Virus record (IMG/VR): IMGVR_UViG_3300045988_156009
Span: 1 to 13,442 of that record
DNA length: 13,442 nt
DNA from: a virus
Direction: 5' to 3' (one strand)
Shown here: in pieces, positions 6,959-13,141 of the stretch
Layout: the number at the start of each line of letters is the position of its first letter
How positions within the stretch are numbered: position 1 is the stretch's first letter
Position numbers and translations under genes: made by a program
Notes under the pieces: generated by a model
Seen by the model: only the letters and a program-made list of their open reading frames with translations
Database searches by the model: none
Told to the model about the DNA's origin: nothing

Positions 6959-7304
6959 TGACAACACCTCCATTACAAGGGCGGATAATTTCCGCCAGTA
7001 CTTCTTCAGCCGTCAGCGGTTTTTCGGTCGGCTGGTGAGCGCTTGCAATGTTACCACGCTGCACCAACCCCGTCAAATCAGCGATTTGCTTATAAATCTT
7101 GTCAAACTGCTCTTTATTGTCATCAGGTGCTGGTGCGGGTGCTGGTGCTGGTGCGGGTGCTGGTGCTGGTGCGGGTGCGGGTGCTGGTGCTGGTGCTGGT
7201 GCGGGTGCGGGTGTAGGTGCAGGTGCATCAATCGTCATCAGCTTACCAATCTGGTCTGCCGTAAAGCCAGCTTTTGCCAGCGTCAAAATGTCAGAAACAT
7301 TCAT
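6951..7304 (-). CDS. Scaffold-like protein with a central (Pro-Ala)n linker
   Basis: 117 aa. SD GGAGGT lies 8 nt before the ATG at 7304, with an ATGA overlap onto the endolysin stop. The layout is an N-terminal ~25-aa helix-rich segment (DILTLAKAGFTADQIGKLM), a ~35-aa AP/TP repeat and a helical C-terminal ~55 aa. The position immediately upstream of the capsid gene suggests a scaffolding role. Confidence 0.5.
   Translation of the reverse strand: MNVSDILTLAKAGFTADQIGKLMTIDAPAPTPAPAPAPAPAPAPAPAPAPAPAPAPAPAPDDNKEQFDKIYKQIADLTGLVQRGNIASAHQPTEKPLTAEEVLAEIIRPCNGGVVNG
7125..7229. repeat. Tandem hexanucleotide repeat (GGTGCK)n encoding (Ala-Pro)n on the minus strand
   Basis: About 17 consecutive GGTGCT/GGTGCG units are visible in the sequence. 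All three plus-strand frames are open here, which produces spurious repeat ORFs. Confidence 0.9.
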
Positions 7305-7789
7305 TGTTTGTTACCTCCATATTTATTTACCAGTGCGACAAGGTCGTTATACAGTGCGGTGCAACTATTTTCCTTTGCCGTCACATCCGCATCATAATCG
7401 AGGCAATTAGCTTTTGCGTGATGCGTCCAGCGCTTGCTTGTAATTTTGTCCATCTGCACACCGCCTGTAGTAGAGTGCATAACCTCTCCGTTGCCGATGT
7501 AGATGCCAACGTGCGCAGCATTCATGCCATCGGTATACCTCTTTGGCTCTTTTCCATCATGTTTGATGGTAAATACCCATTCGCCCACATCAACATTGTC
7601 AAAATTTTCGGATTTATCATGCACAGCGTTGCGCCACATATCATTTGAGCCGCGCCAGTCCTTTTTGATATTGGCATATTTCCTTAAACAGTATTCGACA
7701 AATGCTTGGCAATCAAGTGTGGCATATGGGATGCCGATTATATTGTTACGGTCATCGCTGATTTTTTCTGCCCATTCTGCCGCAATCAA
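7301..7789 (-). CDS. Endolysin, NlpC/P60-family cell-wall endopeptidase
   Basis: Catalytic Cys context LDCQAFVEY and His context AHVGIYIGNGEVMHS are typical of NlpC/P60. The TTG start at 7789 forms a TTGA overlap with the holin stop. 162 aa with no separate wall-binding domain. Confidence 0.85.
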   Translation of the reverse strand: MIAAEWAEKISDDRNNIIGIPYATLDCQAFVEYCLRKYANIKKDWRGSNDMWRNAVHDKSENFDNVDVGEWVFTIKHDGKEPKRYTDGMNAAHVGIYIGNGEVMHSTTGGVQMDKITSKRWTHHAKANCLDYDADVTAKENSCTALYNDLVALVNKYGGNKQ

Positions 7790-7980
7790 TTATCATCACC
7801 GCCCAACTTATCAATTAGCTTCTGCATTACAAGCGTGTTATTGTTAATTGCGTCTTTTAGCTCTTTTGTTTCACTCGCATGTTCTTCGCGCTCCCTATTC
7901 CAAAAGTAAAAAAGCGCGCAGGTGCAGGCAATCGGGAAACCAACTGCGCTAATCAGCTGAGCCAACGTGTTTGCATCCAC
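7786..7980 (-). CDS. Holin, BhlA/UviB-like (one TM helix plus a charged coiled-coil tail)
   Basis: The preferred start is the GTG at 7980, with SD GGAGG 7 nt upstream, giving 64 aa. TM segment LAQLISAVGFPIACTCALFYFW is followed by NREREEHASETKELKD..., resembling BhlA (…LLFYVMKTSKERESKL…). The ORF-track form (7786..8136, 116 aa) adds an N-terminal extension translated through a GC-rich structured region and upstream of the predicted TSS. Confidence 0.6.
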   Translation of the reverse strand: MDANTLAQLISAVGFPIACTCALFYFWNREREEHASETKELKDAINNNTLVMQKLIDKLGGDDN

Positions 7981-8000
7981 ACTACCACCTCCGTTAATGG

Positions 8001-8078
8001 TAGGCGTGGGGGGTCTCGTCGTACACCTACGACACGCGCGCCCTTCCGGGGCTGGTGTTTGCGCCTCCCCCACGCCCA
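8001..8078 (-). ncRNA. GC-rich three-way-junction RNA element (5' leader of the lysis/structural operon; pRNA-like candidate)
   Basis: On the minus-strand RNA, P1 is 12 bp (8078..8067 with 8001..8012, core GGCGUGGGGG/CCCCCACGCC). P2 is 8 bp (8064..8061 plus 8052..8049 with 8043..8036), with an 8-nt bulge AAACACCA and a CGGAA loop. P3 is 6 bp (GUCGUA/UACGAC) with a GGUG loop. The element starts at the predicted TSS of the promoter at 8084..8112. It is markedly more GC-rich than the flanking sequence. Confidence 0.4.
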
Positions 8079-8083
8079 TATTT

Positions 8084-8112
8084 ATAATATCATCTGTTTT
8101 CACAAATGTCAA
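8084..8112 (-). promoter_or_regulatory. Near-consensus sigma-A/sigma-70 promoter for the lysis and structural operon
   Basis: On the minus strand: TTGACA (8112..8107), exactly 17 nt of spacer, then TGaTATTAT (extended -10, hexamer 8089..8084). It lies just downstream of the ATPase stop (8120). The predicted TSS is ~8077..8079. Confidence 0.6.
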
Positions 8113-8119
8113 TACGTTA

Positions 8120-9136
8120 TTATCGGACAATGCCAAAATACTGACAGAATATTATTTCACAACCGGGATTCTCACAATATATATTTCTGTCAATGTATTC
8201 CATTAACAAATTCCGGTAAAGAGTGCGGAAGCGCAAAATGTCATTTTCGCTCGTCGTATATATCGGGCGTGTACCTCTCCCATGCGGGCTGATATAATAC
8301 TCTTTCCGCGATTTGTGTTTATAGATGGTTATTTCCCCCGCTGTAACTACAGGCTTATATTCATTAAGATTCGCGTTTTTCGTTTGCAAAACAGGTTTAT
8401 CAAGATACATATTTTTGAGCGACATATCAATAATACGGTTATCCTTTAGCAAGCGATAAAGCGCAGTTTCTGCCTTTTTCTGACTGATAGGACTGTTCCG
8501 CAAATTTATGATATATAGGCCGCGCTCTTTGTCCTTGTATTCCTGCACACCTTTTTCCGCCATTTCGTAGGCTGTTCCTATGATTCCCAATGATTGGAAA
8601 ATAGGGTTCGCAATTGTGTTGGTGTTTGATAGCAATAGACACTGCACAGGGTTTCGGCCTTGTAACTCCCTGTTACGGTTGATTGTTTCGTAAGCGTTAA
8701 AAAATGCATCACCCTCATTTTTGATTCTTCGTTCATGGGATTCTGGTATAAATTCGTCAAATATAATTGTGTCTATGTTTTCAGCGCTGAAACCGCGAAC
8801 GTTGGAAATGCCGGAAAGTGCCATCATATATCCTTGTGGCGTTTCCGCGCCGTCGATGTAAATGCCAACTGCTTCCTTGCTTAGCTTTACCGTTTCAACC
8901 TCTTTCCCCATATATTTACAGACCGGAACGAGAGGACACATATCGCCCATACTCACTTCAATCTGTGTTTTCGTTCGTCGCATGTATATAAAATTTTCTT
9001 CTTTTTCAATCATATCTTTAAGCGCTCCGAACGTTTTGCCAGTTCCGCGCGCCCCTGTAATAATTGTAAACGGGTATCCTTGTGAGCGAATATATGGTAT
9101 ATCAATATATCCGTTTTCCATGCATAGATTTTTCAC
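8120..9136 (-). CDS. DNA packaging (encapsidation) ATPase, phi29 gp16-like
   Basis: 338 aa against 332 aa for gp16. Walker A is TGARGTGKT (gp16 IGARGIGKS). Other shared motifs are FIYMRRTK (gp16 FIYVRRYK), Walker B IIFDEFI (gp16 IVFDEFI), RNRE and LLSN. The GTG start at 9136 has SD AGGAGG 7 nt upstream. Confidence 0.9.
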   Translation of the reverse strand: MKNLCMENGYIDIPYIRSQGYPFTIITGARGTGKTFGALKDMIEKEENFIYMRRTKTQIEVSMGDMCPLVPVCKYMGKEVETVKLSKEAVGIYIDGAETPQGYMMALSGISNVRGFSAENIDTIIFDEFIPESHERRIKNEGDAFFNAYETINRNRELQGRNPVQCLLLSNTNTIANPIFQSLGIIGTAYEMAEKGVQEYKDKERGLYIINLRNSPISQKKAETALYRLLKDNRIIDMSLKNMYLDKPVLQTKNANLNEYKPVVTAGEITIYKHKSRKEYYISPHGRGTRPIYTTSENDILRFRTLYRNLLMEYIDRNIYCENPGCEIIFCQYFGIVR

Positions 9137-9149
9137 AATGCATCCTCCT

Positions 9150-9180
9150 ACAAGAAAAGGGATGCTTCTGCATCCCTTTA
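9150..9180 (-). terminator. Intrinsic terminator after the SSB gene, abutting the ATPase RBS
   Basis: A 10-bp stem (9156..9165 with 9170..9179, AAAGGGATGC/GCATCCCTTT) with a 4-nt loop. On the minus-strand RNA it is followed by UUUUCUUG. The U-tract ends 1-2 nt before the ATPase SD. Confidence 0.6.
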
Positions 9181-9184
9181 TCCG

Positions 9185-9526
9185 TCACTGGAAAATCAAC
9201 TCGCAAGAGTTATATGGACGCCCCGACTTACTCTTGATGGACACAACCTTAAGCGAAAAACCCACATCGTCCATATCACACGCCTTGATGTAATTGACGA
9301 TATCCCCAAACCGTGCCGCAAATGCCGCCGAATTGGTGATATATGCAGTGCCGTCAGCGTCAATGATGCCAGTGCGCTGTTTAATTTCCGCGCCATCCGC
9401 AGTGTACTCGTTGAGCGCCCATGCTTTGACAGTCAGCTTCTTGCCAACGGCCTTGGTCATCGGACGCGCCTCGCTGGAAAGCGTCAACGCATACAGTTCG
9501 CTTGGGGTGATTCGTTCGTTATTCAT
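9185..9526 (-). CDS. Single-stranded DNA-binding protein, phi29 gp5-like
   Basis: 113 aa against 124 aa for gp5. TGIIDADGTAYITNSAAFAARFGDIV...FSLKVVSIKSKSGRPYNSCEL parallels gp5 TTIFAADGSLYSAISKTVAEAASDLI...FKVKVVQGTSSKGNVFFSLQL. SD AAGGAGG lies 6 nt before the ATG. The gene has its own consensus promoter and terminator. Confidence 0.55.
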   Translation of the reverse strand: MNNERITPSELYALTLSSEARPMTKAVGKKLTVKAWALNEYTADGAEIKQRTGIIDADGTAYITNSAAFAARFGDIVNYIKACDMDDVGFSLKVVSIKSKSGRPYNSCELIFQ

Positions 9527-9547
9527 GATTCGTCCTCCTTTATTGGC

Positions 9548-11623
9548 TTACCGCCTATATAGATTATAGCAGATTGCGCGGTCGGTGTCAATGGTTATTA
9601 ACGTGTTACTAACATCTGCAAGCAATGAGTGATACTTTTCTCCGATGGTCACCGTGTAGGTTGACGGGCACAAGCATACGTTACGAGTGACGTGCAAATT
9701 ATGTCCTTCTATTGTTGTCAAATAATCAGTTGTATCATTATAGATACTTTCAAGCCCTCCGGATTCGCGGAAAATATAACCAGGCTTAAATGCTTTCAGT
9801 CCTCCCGACTTTGCAAGTTCATCGTCTCCGCCCATTTCCACAATTTCGCCTTTTGCGTTCTTCGCGCTCCTTTTCCTCACTCCCGCAATTGTGATGCTTA
9901 TTTTTCCGTTTTCGTCCTCGCTTGCATACTTCTTTGCCCCCCATGTCAAGAAATGGTAATACTGCCCCTCATACTCTGCAACGCCCATATAATGCCGTTT
10001 GCCTTTAGGGTCATCAGCATATGCTCCGCTTGCTGTGCTTGCCAACTTGCAACGCTCGTTATATTCTGAAAAGTCTATACCTTCATCTGCTATATATTTA
10101 CAACTATCTGTGTCAGCATACACAAATTTACTACCAGCAATTTTTATCATTTCCTCTAATTCTCTTCGCGCGTATGCTGTCACCCACACACCCCATTGAT
10201 ATGGCAATAGCGCCTTTTTGATGTTCTTCGCCACATCAACCTCTACTTGCTTATAATCGCCAGCGTCAAATATTATATCGTCTTTCCCCGGATCCGTTGC
10301 GCACATCCCGTATAATGAATTTAATAAATTTTTACTTTTTATATAGTCATATTCTTCGCCCTCAACGCCTTTTAATCGCGTTTTTGCCGTGTAATATTTC
10401 CGTACCAATTCTCTATATTCCTTCGGCAAATAGTCCTTGTCTGCCGTATAAATATCGTAAAAATCAATAGCCCCTGTGTACTCGTCCAATATAATCTCTA
10501 TGTCAACGTCGGTAACCTCTATAACAAGCATATCTGCGCTTAATACTCTCCCGTTATCCTCTACAGCATTTTCCAAATATGTGCATTTTGATACCGGTAT
10601 ATATGGCGCCCCCCACTGTTTATTGCGCAACTCCGCGCCTGATATAGCCATCGTACACAAGATTGCAAGCCCTACACGCATAGCCCTTTTAATCGTTGCA
10701 TATCCATCGGGTACTTTGCGAAAAGGCTTCATTGGATATTTTTGGTTTAACATCACATCCGGGTAACTGCTGGAACGGTCGAATGATTGCACATTTCCCA
10801 GTATTTTTCCAACAAAAAATCTGTTGGCGTGTGTATTACCGCCGCGAAAAGCAAGGCGCAACTTGTGATATACGTCTACAGTTGGCTTGAGATAGCCAAT
10901 TGCAACGTTGGCTAACGCTTTGCGCGTGTCCCTGCGCACATACCCTGTTGCCGTTCGCGGCATGGTGTACACCGTGTCTCCGTCTTTTTCCAGCTTTTTA
11001 ACAGTAGCCTCTAATAGGCCAATAACATCATTTTGGCAATATCCTATTTCGGCTGCTGTCATCACAGTCCACGGATAGCGCTTTTTGGTATAATCATAAT
11101 CAGCACCGCTTTTCTTCTCGTGCTCCACGCCCATGTCACGCAGGAACATATTAAGCGCTTTATTTGTCCAAATGTAGCTACAACGGTATTCAATACACCC
11201 ACATGTCGCTGTTAAAATCTTACGCGCCTTAAGACAAAACACGTCTTGCATTTCGCAAAGCCCTGCCAAAAACTGAAATTCATACGACAGGTTATGTACC
11301 ATGCACACGATTTTTACAAGCCCCAACCTCTTGTTGATTGCCTCTTGTAATCGTATCCATTCCTCCCATGTGCGGCCGTATGTGACAAAATACTCACCAT
11401 CAACATACAGCCCACATTGCCAGATGTACATAACGGCGTTATCATCGCTTAGCCTTGTTGTTTCAATGTCAAATGCCAATATACCATTAGCATACAACTT
11501 CTTGCAACGCACGCTGTCAGGCGTTAATGCCATCAAATTATCAATACCGTCATATACACTACGCAAGTTACCATCTCCTAATAGTGTCGGCAGGGACAAA
11601 AGTCCCCGACCGTAAACGGTCAC
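9548..11623 (-). CDS. Protein-primed family-B DNA polymerase (phi29 gp2-like)
   Basis: Motifs seen: ExoI FDIETT, ExoII HNLSYEFQF, ExoIII YCQNDV and YxGG-like FRGG. Also motif A FDRSSSYPD, motif B KSKNLLNSLYG, motif C YADTDS and KxY (AKKYA). The ORF-track start is the GTG at 11623, which overlaps the upstream gene by 56 nt. Alternative starts are the TTG at 11566 (SD AGGAG 8 nt upstream, just after the upstream stop) or the ATG at 11533. Confidence 0.95.
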   Translation of the reverse strand: MTVYGRGLLSLPTLLGDGNLRSVYDGIDNLMALTPDSVRCKKLYANGILAFDIETTRLSDDNAVMYIWQCGLYVDGEYFVTYGRTWEEWIRLQEAINKRLGLVKIVCMVHNLSYEFQFLAGLCEMQDVFCLKARKILTATCGCIEYRCSYIWTNKALNMFLRDMGVEHEKKSGADYDYTKKRYPWTVMTAAEIGYCQNDVIGLLEATVKKLEKDGDTVYTMPRTATGYVRRDTRKALANVAIGYLKPTVDVYHKLRLAFRGGNTHANRFFVGKILGNVQSFDRSSSYPDVMLNQKYPMKPFRKVPDGYATIKRAMRVGLAILCTMAISGAELRNKQWGAPYIPVSKCTYLENAVEDNGRVLSADMLVIEVTDVDIEIILDEYTGAIDFYDIYTADKDYLPKEYRELVRKYYTAKTRLKGVEGEEYDYIKSKNLLNSLYGMCATDPGKDDIIFDAGDYKQVEVDVAKNIKKALLPYQWGVWVTAYARRELEEMIKIAGSKFVYADTDSCKYIADEGIDFSEYNERCKLASTASGAYADDPKGKRHYMGVAEYEGQYYHFLTWGAKKYASEDENGKISITIAGVRKRSAKNAKGEIVEMGGDDELAKSGGLKAFKPGYIFRESGGLESIYNDTTDYLTTIEGHNLHVTRNVCLCPSTYTVTIGEKYHSLLADVSNTLITIDTDRAICYNLYRR
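9563..9591 (-). promoter_or_regulatory. Perfect-consensus sigma-A/sigma-70 promoter driving the SSB gene
   Basis: On the minus strand: TTGACA (9591..9586), a 17-nt spacer, then TGcTATAAT (hexamer 9568..9563). It is embedded in the last codons of the polymerase gene. The predicted TSS is ~9556, about 30 nt upstream of the SSB ATG. Confidence 0.65.
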
Positions 11624-12233
11624 GCGCCTTCTTCCCTGCCTCCTCCGATTGCTGTTCCCAATAATCCCAGCGCTTTAACAGTTGTGCAATATCCTGCTTT
11701 CTAAATCCCTTCGCTTTCTCCGTTTCACCGTAAAGATTAGCTATATAATCCTGCAACACCTTATAATACCATGCTTCTTTGTTCGCCGCCTTGTAAATAC
11801 CAAAAAAACGCCTGAACTTATAAAAATCGCTGTATGAAAAACCGCTATCATCAAACCAGCCTTTTTTCATCAACCCCTCATACTCTTCATTATATTCCTC
11901 TTCCTGCCTCTGTAAAACCTCCCTTGCACTTCCCGTTTCGGTTATTGTCTTCCACATCTCCCGTATCTGCTTCACACCTTCCTGCACGCTCCAAATTGTT
12001 GACGGCTTATCCCAATATCCGCGCTCATACTTCTCGACGGCTACATGCTCCGCCCCTCCCTTGATGGCCGCTTTATAACGTTTTTCCATCAAGTCAATTA
12101 GCGCCTTTATTTCTTTTTTGACATCCGCCAGAGTGATTCCGGCGGATGCCTTGCCTTTCTCATATACGGATGCCGGTAATGGTCTGCTTGCTACACTGGT
12201 TATCTGTGCAAACTGTTTATTCCATCTTGCCAT
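11568..12233 (-). CDS. Candidate terminal protein (gp3 position)
   Basis: A 221-aa charged, aromatic-rich protein immediately upstream of, and translationally adjacent to, the protein-primed polymerase. This matches the TP-Pol synteny of phi29, Cp-1 and PRD1. The ATG at 12233 has SD GAGGA. No sequence motif shared with known TPs was recognised, so the assignment is positional. Confidence 0.45.
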   Translation of the reverse strand: MARWNKQFAQITSVASRPLPASVYEKGKASAGITLADVKKEIKALIDLMEKRYKAAIKGGAEHVAVEKYERGYWDKPSTIWSVQEGVKQIREMWKTITETGSAREVLQRQEEEYNEEYEGLMKKGWFDDSGFSYSDFYKFRRFFGIYKAANKEAWYYKVLQDYIANLYGETEKAKGFRKQDIAQLLKRWDYWEQQSEEAGKKARDRLRSGTFVPADTIRRW

Positions 12234-12450
12234 GCTTGTCCTCTCCCTTCAAGCGGTTAGTACGCTTAAGCTCCGCATAACAAGCGCCCACACACCGGCG
12301 AACTGTCTCGGAAAACGTCCATCCTGCCACGCTCATAATATCCCGTACCTGTTTCGTCTCTTCCTCCGTTACCGTGATACTTGTGATTTTTACGTTTCGC
12401 ATAACTTCCCTTTCTCCCCGTATGGCCGATAGGACAGCGACTTTCTTCAT
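12217..12450 (-). CDS. Ribbon-helix-helix (CopG/Arc/MetJ-like) DNA-binding protein, putative transcriptional regulator
   Basis: The RHH pattern is beta strand KITSITVTEEE, helix 1 TKQVRDIMSVAG, turn WTFSE and helix 2 TVRRCVGACYAELKR. The ATG at 12450 forms an ATGA overlap with the upstream stop. The internal ATG at 12402 (MRNVKITS..., 61 aa) would give a more typical RHH length. Confidence 0.5.
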   Translation of the reverse strand: MKKVAVLSAIRGEREVMRNVKITSITVTEEETKQVRDIMSVAGWTFSETVRRCVGACYAELKRTNRLKGEDKHGKME

Positions 12451-12650
12451 TCACCCCACGCAAACAGCTTTATTTGCCCTATGCAAGTTCCAACCCACCG
12501 CATTCCGCCAGCCCGCCGATAACGGTAAATCTTAGCAATATCTGCCCCGCCCTTTGTAGCGTAATACTTGGCAATAGCCACAGCGTCTTCGCGGTTTGAT
12601 GCATATGCCGTGGATTCAATGTTTTTGTAATAAATATCAATCCTGTACAT
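12447..12650 (-). CDS. Hypothetical early protein (67 aa)
   Basis: The ATG at 12650 (MYRIDIYYKN...) has SD AGGAGG upstream. The ORF-track start at 12704 lacks an SD and would overlap the upstream gene by 68 nt. No recognisable motif. Confidence 0.5.
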   Translation of the reverse strand: MYRIDIYYKNIESTAYASNREDAVAIAKYYATKGGADIAKIYRYRRAGGMRWVGTCIGQIKLFAWGE

Positions 12651-12864
12651 TATCTTTCCTCCTGTATACTCGCACATATTCAATACTTTGAAAAGGTTCA
12701 GCAATGCTCCTGCTCATAAACTCCGCTTTGGTAATTCGATTCGCCACATTTCCATCATAAACCATCCAATAATAGCTTTTTGCTGTGAATGTGTACCCTC
12801 TATCGTTTAATTCCTCGAATTGTTTCGCCGTCAATCGCGCCTGCTTCATTGCATCAGCCCCCAT
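12637..12864 (-). CDS. Hypothetical early protein (70-75 aa)
   Basis: The ORF has an ATG at 12864 and an alternative ATG at 12849 (MKQARLTAKQFEEL...). It is co-oriented and tightly packed with the neighbouring early genes. No recognisable motif. Confidence 0.5.
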   Translation of the reverse strand: MGADAMKQARLTAKQFEELNDRGYTFTAKSYYWMVYDGNVANRITKAEFMSRSIAEPFQSIEYVRVYRRKDNVQD

Positions 12865-12900
12865 CCTACTAACAAAATAGCTAACACCACCACAATCAAT

Positions 12901-13089
12901 TCACACATTCTGTTCACGCTCCTTCCTACACTTTTCGATAATTTCACGAGTGACAACCCGTGCAATGGCAAGTAGACATTCCCGCTCGTCAGACGTATAA
13001 CCCTTATAACTACGGTTAGCAAGTTCGCAAATGTCAGTTAGCGTTTTCGCCCTGAGATACTGCACTGCCAGAAATCGGAAATCAGTCAT
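12901..13089 (-). CDS. Hypothetical first early protein (62 aa)
   Basis: The ATG at 13089 has SD GGAGGG 9 nt upstream. It is the first substantial ORF downstream of the right ITR promoter. No recognisable motif. Confidence 0.55.
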   Translation of the reverse strand: MTDFRFLAVQYLRAKTLTDICELANRSYKGYTSDERECLLAIARVVTREIIEKCRKEREQNV

Positions 13090-13136
13090 TTCAATACACC
13101 CTCCATTCGTTCAGCCCTGAGTCGCTCCACAAACAT
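13086..13136 (-). CDS. Possible 16-aa leader ORF coupled to the first early gene
   Basis: The ATG at 13136 lies 5 nt after the ITR-borne SD AAAGGAA, the same SD and spacing used by the left-end gene. It encodes MFVERLRAERMEGVLK. Its TGA overlaps the ATG of the 62-aa gene (ATGA). It is very short, so translation is unproven. Confidence 0.25.
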   Translation of the reverse strand: MFVERLRAERMEGVLK

Positions 13137-13141
13137 TACGA

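Noticed and set aside
7125-7229. CRISPR array or other spaced-repeat locus
   Set aside because: The repeats are contiguous 6-nt units without spacers, and they are in frame with a coding sequence.
6915-7410. Plus-strand ORFs 6915..7397 (Cys/Trp repeat) and 7099..7410 (Gly/Ala repeat)
   Set aside because: These are alternative-frame readings of the (GGTGCK)n hexamer array on the antisense strand of the scaffold-like gene. There is no SD, and they are open only because the repeat lacks stop codons in any frame.
8001-8078. tRNA or tRNA-like gene (7-bp-plus acceptor-like stem, cloverleaf-sized)
   Set aside because: On either strand there is no T-loop (TTCRANY) and no D-arm geometry. Positions 8-9 are GG, only two internal arms are present instead of three, and their loops are 4-5 nt. 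No anticodon arm can be drawn.
7786-8136. 116-aa long form of the holin ORF, starting at the ATG 8136 inside the ATPase gene
   Set aside because: The extra 52 residues (…GVGEAQTPAPEGRACRRCTTRPPTPTINGGG…) are translated straight through the GC-rich structured element and lie upstream of the predicted TSS. A GTG with an ideal GGAGG SD at 7-nt spacing gives a 64-aa protein of typical BhlA-holin size. The long form cannot be fully excluded without data.
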